From contig CM022667.1 in NCBI GenBank assembly GCA_012295275.1, positions 17,794,001 to 17,858,000 on the forward strand: a stretch of 64,000 nucleotides of DNA, written 5' to 3'. This document shows positions 55,683 to 64,000 of this stretch, one piece after another. The stretch's first letter is position 1, and each line of letters opens with the position of its first letter. A program made the translations under genes and the position numbers. The DNA is from Chrysomallon squamiferum (Eukaryota; Animalia; Mollusca). The notes below the pieces were generated by a model, which had not been told where the DNA came from, searched no databases, and saw nothing but the letters and a program-made list of their open reading frames with translations.

Positions 55683-56546
55683 CTAATACAGCATATCATC
55701 ATCAGTTCCACAAACAAACAAACTTTCAGACGAGAAACCGGATTGCGGGCAAGTTCCGACGATAAGGGGCTCGCTAGAATACATCCTTTCAGCGGGAAGA
55801 ACACGAAAATTATTTTCCATTTCAAAGAAATCGTCAGTTTCATTGTCCACAGGATCATCACCTAGCAATGGAATTGGGTCTTCGTTATCATTCATCGAAT
55901 TATCGTCATGAACTATTGAAACTACATTCAATCTGTTTTCGCTAAAGGTTCGTTCCGCATTTTGACACATTTCCGCTGAGGCAAATTTTCCAAGTGCCGC
56001 GTTCGGGCGACAGTTAACAAAGTAATCCTCGACATGTCGGCCTTCCAACGCCTTTGAAACATAAACGTTCTGCATGGCCTTTGGAACATATCCGCACATG
56101 CTTTCCATTTCCTGACCTTGATTGTCAAGTGCTTTTTTGTTTCCTGGAAGCTTTGTTAGAATATTTCTCTTTGTTGCATAATACGTAGTCGAGTAATTTA
56201 ACGGTTCCTTGGAGTTTTCGGATGCTTCACTGTTTGTATAATCACCCAAACTCTCACCAAAAATATCCTGCACACGTCTTCGTTTTTTGGGCTCAGCATT
56301 TTCCAAAAGTTTCGTCATAGTGTCAACGTCATAATCGTCGTCGCTGATGACGGAAAACGCGGTCACATTGGCGCCGCTGAACTTGTAGTGGAATTCACCT
56401 CTTGATGTTATTTGTCTGCAGGCACTGCTGCTGACGTCGCTGAATGTGTCACTGCTAATGAAATTTCTTTTCTTCCATGTTTCATTTCGTCTTGAAAAAT
56501 TTATTCTTTTTCTTTTAATACACAGACAACTCCACATCGACGGCAT
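55683..56546 (-). CDS. Uncharacterised 287-aa protein (single coding exon or terminal exon)
   Basis: Long high-complexity ORF with raised GC in AT-rich DNA. A strong acceptor ttttgtttctattttcAG at 56567-56566 lies about 20 nt before the ATG at 56546 (MPSMWSCLCIKRKR...). The first 33 codons of the listed ORF are intronic low-complexity or UTR sequence. No domain was recognised. Confidence 0.75.
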   Translation of the reverse strand: MPSMWSCLCIKRKRINFSRRNETWKKRNFISSDTFSDVSSSACRQITSRGEFHYKFSGANVTAFSVISDDDYDVDTMTKLLENAEPKKRRRVQDIFGESLGDYTNSEASENSKEPLNYSTTYYATKRNILTKLPGNKKALDNQGQEMESMCGYVPKAMQNVYVSKALEGRHVEDYFVNCRPNAALGKFASAEMCQNAERTFSENRLNVVSIVHDDNSMNDNEDPIPLLGDDPVDNETDDFFEMENNFRVLPAERMYSSEPLIVGTCPQSGFSSESLFVCGTDDDMLY

Positions 56547-57298
56547 TATGGTGGTGAAATCACTACTGAAAATAGAAACAAAAACAATATGATGACTTAT
56601 TGTTGTAGAAGTAGAAGTCGTTGTAATAATAGTTGAGGATAGCAATAGAGTAGTAGAAGCTGATATTGTAATAGTAGCAGTAGTAATTGTAATAATAGTG
56701 GTAGTGGTAGTTGTAGCTGTAGTACTAGTAGTAATAGCAATAATTGTAGTAGTGGTGGTAGTATAATAGCCCTAATTATATAACAACAACAATAACATCA
56801 ACAACACGATCCACAACAACAACAGGAACAATAACAATAATATTTGTGATGATAATGACGATAATGATGTTTACGCAACAACGATATCTCGTTACAGATG
56901 TTTCTTTATCGTGACAGGTAAATTATTAGCAGATCAAATTGTATTAAAAGGCTGAACCAACGGGTGAAGAAGAAAGAAAAAAAAATCATTTATAACACTA
57001 ACGCTATTACAAAAATTTGCCATTATCAAAACGAGAAATTACATTTTGGTAAAATATATATATATATATATATATTAAAAGTGAATCACTCACTCACTTA
57101 CACACACGCACACACACTACCAGACACAAACACAAACACACAAAACACACACACAATTAAAAATCCCGTTAAACTTTCAGTTAAACAAAATAAATAATAA
57201 ATACAACTCTTTAATAAATTCTTATTAAAAATAGTTAATAATGAATTTAAAAACAGTTAATATACCGTGCGTTACACACATACAGAAACAGACACAGA

Positions 57299-57364
<66 letters not shown>

Positions 57365-59133
57365 TTATTAACTTAGCTATATGTACAGATACCATCAAAA
57401 CTGTCCTAAATCCGTCTAAAAAAACATGGCCGCATGTCAGTCGTAGCCTCCAGAACACTTCTTTGTGCTGAATTTAACCGTACAATGTAAACACTTTACT
57501 GCTAATTGTGAAGACCAAAAAGCCAAACTCGCTGCTTCATTTCAAGTTTTTATTGTCTGCATGTAATACACGGCCAACTGGTCATGTACAGAGTCCTTTA
57601 CTTTGTTGATTGGAAACTTGACTTTGAGCATGACCAGAAATGTGGGCAAGATATTTAGTAATATATCAAGACGCTTTAATGATTATAAAGATTTAAAAAC
57701 AAAATAAATAAAAATAAAAAATAAAAACCAGAAGAAAAATACCTAAGCAAAATAAATTAACGACGAAATAAATAGCTTGTAAATTAGCTTACACAAATAC
57801 ACACACTCACACACCAACTAAACAAAATGGCTATTCTGGTCAGCATACCTCAGGTTTGATGTATATTTAAGATAGTCACGTACATGTATTTAGAACTGTG
57901 ATCAGCTTTTGTTTCTAAGCCACATTCTTTTAAAACCTCATTCAAGATTAAACTGGTGCTGTGAGCGGTAAATTATAAATGAAAATATGCACATTAAAAT
58001 ACAATTGCATTGGCAAAAATAATAGTTTCGTTTTCTATACAGCTAGACAATACAACAAACACGCCTGACAATTTTGGATTAGTGTTTATGTAGATACCAA
58101 CTGCATATGTCAAAAGTACGGAAACTATATTTTCAAGTTGACTTTTTGTAGATTTAGCATTAGAATTTGTTTTAGATGTTACTGGAAATGTTGACTTTGT
58201 GCAGAAGTTCATTTTCAGTGTTCATTAGACTTGCATTGTTCGATCCAGGGTGTAGGTCCTCGCATATCCTACTGCAATGTTTCTTCTGTCCTGGGGGTGA
58301 TTTCACTACGGGTTATAACAGAACACATTAACATATCAGCTTCTTGGTTAAGTAACAAGCCTCAAGCCCTGGGACTGTTGTATAATCACTGCTCGTCAAA
58401 CCTTTATACATAAGTTAACCATTTTGCTTATCTTGAACCACACAAGCAAATCGTCATATTTATCTACACACGTGTATGACAGGTGAAGCTTGGAACTTAA
58501 ATCTATCTCGTTTGGCATGCTATCCGTTATGGTTGTAGAATCAGCCATGGCATTTAAACGATGCATCCTGGGATGCTTCATATTACCCACTGACGTCGGT
58601 GAAAATAAATGTGCACGTTGAACACCATTGTGTTAAACTTGTAATAAACAGTGAGTTTGTGTCCTAGAAACTCTTCATTATCTACCATTAATAACTTACG
58701 TTAACTTCCCAGTGTCACATGACCCTGTAATTGTAAACTGCTTTATACGTTTTTGACATGGGTTTAAAAATACCGGTATTAACGATTAACCTGTTGTGTA
58801 CGCAATAGATTCAGATCGAAATTACTACCGTGACTGCATGGAGGAATGTTAAACAATGCGCAACTTTTTTGTAAAATTTACGGAAGCACAATAAATTGAA
58901 ATGCATATAAAATAAAGGTAGACTGCAAGGAAAGATTGTTAGTGGCTTTCAGAGACATTCCGGTTAATGCTAAGAGTTAAGATAAAACGTGAACGTGATG
59001 TAATATCTGGCTGTAAATATTAGGTTTCAGAAATGACGCATGTGAAATAACAATAAAATGTCTCACTTGACTGCTGATAATAAAAAAGGAGATAAAGGAT
59101 TTTTTTTTCGACGTCAAATTCTACACAAACAAC

Positions 59134-61009
59134 ATATGAAAAGCACTTTAGCGTGCGAGTATTTTTTTAAAACATTGCCCGAGAAAAGTAATATATAACA
59201 GTGTAGCTAACAGTACTCACACAAATATAGTGCCTTGTGGTACAGTAACTTTAAGACAGATTTCAGTATTTGAATAAATAATCCCTGCTGACGAAATTGT
59301 GGGTGTTCGTATAAAAAATACCAACTTTGTGGTAAAAATTACTATAATATTATTAAACGTAAACTTTTAATTAATGCAATTAAAAGTGCATTTTAAGGGT
59401 TGACATTTTTTTTATTTGTTCTTTTTCGTTCTTTTTAGCAATAAATACCTGCAATGTGAATGGAAATATCTACGCCAGCAAAAATAAGAAGATAAAGAGG
59501 AAAAAGAAGAAAAAGAAAAACATGATTATGTTAATGATGATCACTCATAGTAGCAGTAGTTGTAGTGATAGCAGTATTATTAGTATCAGCAGTAATAGCA
59601 GAAGCATTAGTAGTAATAATATATTTATAACCCATTCGAAATTATTGGTATAAGTCATAGCTGCAGTGTAGCTGTAGCAGTAGTTTTTGTTATAGTAAAT
59701 GTAAAGTAGTAGTTGCAGCAGTAATAGTAGTGTAGTTGTAACAGTAGTAGTAGAAGTTGAAGTAGACGTACTAGTAGTAGTAGAAGAGCGGTAATAGTAG
59801 TTAGTAGTGGAGGGTGGTAATAGTAATAGCAGCAGCGAAAGATAAAACTCTGGTGGTTGTAGTGGTATAAGAGAGAAAAACATTTGATTACAATGAATTT
59901 GAATAATTTATCAAAGTTTATCTTCAAGCAATATCACACTAGAATATTAAATAAACGAGTATGAATCCTTCTGATAAACTTTCTTCAGACGAATTTGTGA
60001 TTTAGAAGTTTAAGATGATGTTGAAAATACACAGCATATATGGGTTATGAACAAAGCACAGTAACCGGTTACGAGTGATACTGGTTATAAACGCAGTTAT
60101 ATACTATTAAAAGTGATGGATAATTTCAGTTATAGGCTGCGAATTAAGCAGATTTTATAGGCCAAATACAATTACATGCACCGAATCAAATACAATGTAT
60201 AAGTCATGAAGTAAATAAAATTACATATTCCTAATTAACATATACATCATAAATTAGAAATTATGAAACGAATAAGAATTATAGGCAATAAATCACATAT
60301 AATAATAAGTCAGAAAACAAATATAAACACAGACCAGCGACCAACGATGGTCATAATGACAGGACCAAAATCAATTACAATTATAAATCACGAAATGGTG
60401 GAATTAGAATCAAACATAAACTATATATATCACGAATTTGCAGGACCAGATCCAAGTTTAGTGACAGATCACGAATTTGCAAGACTACAGTCAAGTATAC
60501 AATTTAGATCCCGATTTGGCTGGTCTAGAATCAAGTACACGTTTTAGATCACGATTTGGCAAGTCTATAATTGCATATAACGAAATGGTAGGAATAACTG
60601 CATATAGAACACGAATCTGTAGGACTGAAATCAAGTAGAAACTAATCTACAGGAAACTAATTTACTAGAAATAAGTAGAATTAGAGATCACAAAATATAA
60701 GTCAAGAAAGAATCAAGTGAACATTACAGGTCAAAAATGGTTAGACTTGAATTAGAATTTTAGACAGAATACAAATATAAATATAAATTAAAAGTAAACA
60801 TAGTCATAACTAATTTTCAGATCCATTTATCAGTCTCGAATAAGAATATCTAAAGACTACAAATCCTAATCATTTAGAAAAAAGAAATTAATAATTCCAC
60901 ATAAAGAAAATATGAAAAGCACTTAGCGTGCGAGTATTGTTTTAAAACATTGCCCAAGAAAAGTAATATATAACAGTATAGCTAAAGTACTCACACAAAT
61001 ACAGGGCCT
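59134..61009. repeat. Direct repeat pair of about 100 bp (59134-59235 and 60910-61009)
   Basis: atatgaaaagcactt(t)agcgtgcgagtatt.ttttaaaacattgccc.agaaaagtaatatataacagt.tagctaa(c)agtactcacacaaata.ag.gcct occurs twice, with about 90% identity by eye. Confidence 0.9.
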
Positions 61010-61131
61010 AGAGGAAAGAGTGTTTAACCATAAATTTATATATATATATGTATGTATAAAAGAGATAAAAATAAGAAGTATAACCATACATATATTGTTG
61101 TACAGATAAAAATGTATAGTACAGTCATTAA

Positions 61132-61154
61132 AATAATAATAATAATAATAATAA

Positions 61155-61185
<31 letters not shown>

Positions 61186-61217
61186 AAGAAGAAGAAGAAG
61201 AAGAAGAAGAAGAAGAA
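61132..61217. repeat. (AAT)n-(AAG)n compound microsatellite
   Basis: Read directly. Confidence 0.95.
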
Positions 61218-62930
61218 ATAAGAATAGGAGGAAATAAATATTACATACACACATATGCAGATACGATTTAAACAGAGTATAGATATACATATACCGTATA
61301 TAAATAAATAATTATACAGTACAGGTAGATGCAGAAATAAACTGTATAGATATAAATCAAATGTACATGTGCGTTTGTGTGTGCGTATGCATACACATGT
61401 ATACGTAAGCACAAATAATGCAGTTAATAAATATACAGTGTAGGTACTCACATTTCATTTTTGTTTTGACAAGAATTCACCGTAGGTAATGAAAAACTGA
61501 ATACAAAACACACAAACACTCAGCCAAAAGCTTTTTTCTTCAAAGTAGAACGAAAGAATGATTTTTCAAAATCCTTAACAAAATTATACAGGTAAAGATC
61601 TCACTAAATCACATTTCGACAGGTGAAGCGAGACGTTTATCTGATAGAAAATACATATCCAATATCCACGATTGTACTGAACAGTTTGTTCCAAACTGAC
61701 GGCCGCTGACTGAGTATTAAAAAAAAAAGAGGTTATTATCTGAACTAGACTTGGTTGTGTTCAACTGTTAAGTAAATATCAGAGGTTGTAGCGAGGTGGA
61801 AAATGTCTTAGTTAGCGAGGTTTGGATTACTTTAATTAACAGTGTAAGCCAAGCTAGAAAGAAAGAGAGAGGGAGAGAGTGAGTAAAAAAATTAAAATAT
61901 TAATAAGAGAAGCACGTTTGTGATTTCAGCGGAAAGGTGCATATTGCTTTATTTTAAAATAGTAGCTGAGTGTATGCGGCAGTGGGATTCATTTCTCATA
62001 TTTATACCTGTTTAATAATATGAAAGGCACCGGGTAATTTTAGATTAAAATGCAGTGAATGCTTCGTCATAATTCACTCGGTCGCCCATTCATTCAAACA
62101 GTAAGACGCGTCTGTATGTTAGTGAGTTTGTTTATGTATCTGTCATTCGATACTACAGCTGTTTTACACCTACTCAATCTCAAAAACAGTCAAATTAACA
62201 AAAGGAAATGTAATATCTCCAACGCCCTCTTTTATCCTAACAATAACATATTATTTGCTGTTTTTTTAGTTGTTTTTTTTATTTTATTTTCTTTTCTTTT
62301 ACTTTTTTTTTTTTATTATTATTATTATTAATTTTTTTTTTTTTTTTTTTTTTTCTAATATTTCATTCATAATTAAATTTAATATAAAAGTCAGCTGATT
62401 TTTCAGTCAAAAATAAATTTCATGTAACTTCACCCTTGGACTTTTTTCAACCTTAATGTATAGTTTCACAGAGTTAATATTCTCATAATATCTGAATTAT
62501 ATTTTCCGTTAAAATAACGTGGCAAAATACTCATTTCAAACAATCAGAAACAAAACAGTTTTCTTTACGTGAACATTTTTAATTCGTTGAATGTTGATAA
62601 CGGTGACGCCATTTTTGTTTATTATTATTTATCACTAGTTTATTCATGTTATTTTCAAATAACGAGAATAAAAGTTCAAACAGCGTCATAGAATTTACAC
62701 AGTGCGGTAACCTATGTAAGATCCGCAAAGAACCGATTTCACCTGTGTATGTTTATAAAGGCGTCACTAAAATGCAAGTCGTGGTGAAAGCTAATCTGTG
62801 GTTAATTCACTGTCGACATAATAAGCGAATACCGTAACAAATAGTTGTTATGTAAAGTTGTTACCGGTTACAAGCATGAGGAGGGTGAATGCTATATATT
62901 TTACTTACGGGTAATACTAGTTTATTTGTT

Positions 62931-62965
<35 letters not shown>

Positions 62966-63412
62966 TTATTATTATTATTATTCATTTGTCTTAAATTTTT
63001 ATTTTTAATTAAGTCTGAAAAGAGTATTTTATTGTTATAACTTTTGATCAGTAACTATATCGCTTTTTAATTAACTTATTAATAAATAACAAAACGTAAG
63101 TTTGACAATAAATAAAAATATTATAATTAATAACTGAAAGACTAAAACGTATGAATTAGATGAATGTCAGATTGACTTTGGCAAATCTAGATAATTCGAC
63201 ACCCATTGATCAGATTGACGATTGTCAGTTTCGACTTGTTTACATTCTACCTGCTGACTGAAAGAGAGTGTCACTGGCCCGGGGCCAGAAACCCGCGGCG
63301 TGTCTAAGAGCACTGGCGCCTCCAGCAACAGGTCAAAACCGGTATACGCGAATAACATTACACAAAGTATGGTTGCTTTAAATTAAAACCACCCGAGAAC
63401 TTAGAGATAGGT

Positions 63413-63451
<39 letters not shown>

Positions 63452-64000
63452 ATGAAATAATGAAATAAAGAAAGAAAGAACGAAAGGAAGAAAACCAGAG
63501 AAACATCTAAACACATATATTAATATAACAAAATTAAATCAAACTTACGTAAAGCGAAGTTATTATAAAAAAATAAAAACAATTTTTGTTTTTTTAAAAG
63601 GTTTGTTCGATTGTCGTTCTCCACCTTCGGACTGCCATACGTTCAGGTCATAGATTGTTTCAGTATAAAAGTAATTTACCTGTCTAGAAAAATGGACAAC
63701 AATACTAGCAAATACGTTACAGCCCGAAGTGGAATCGACGTCATTCGGAATTGGGCATCGTCCATTAACGGAATATTACGTCACAGTTTATACGGAAACC
63801 CTATTTCCGGATGCGAGATTTCATAATTCCGCCTACTTCATACTGAAAACATTATTAAGGAACTGCTGTATTAAAACTGTTATATGTTGAATACTTTTAA
63901 TATATAGAACTTAGAATAAATGAATTTTAAGTGTTTTCATTTAAATGAAAAAAAAAATGAATTTCGTTACTGAATATGTCGACATAAAATACAGAGTAAT

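Overview
AT-rich, microsatellite-dense animal genomic DNA, probably from an invertebrate (mollusc-like by inference), with no prokaryotic features. Three credible protein-coding loci lie on the minus strand. The first is the first coding exon of an RGK-family (Rad/Rem/Gem) small GTPase (1721-2228). The second is a complete SK/KCNN-type Ca2+-activated K+ channel encoded in a single exon (22816-24168), with a candidate non-coding first exon and promoter about 10.6 kb upstream. The third is a 287-aa orphan ORF (55683-56546). The rest is microsatellites, minisatellites, two inverted-repeat-bounded segments (8.5-9.6 kb and 16.7-19.6 kb) and a long polypurine satellite (about 42.6-53.8 kb). A near-identical duplication on either side of a 200-N gap is probably an assembly artefact. 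Most listed ORFs, including the three of over 2000 aa, are low-complexity artefacts. I found no clearly new multi-gene system. The best leads are the intronless, divergent SK channel, the microsatellite at its splice acceptor, the cluster of CRE palindromes and the orphan ORF. All comparisons to known proteins are from recalled consensus, not from a database search.
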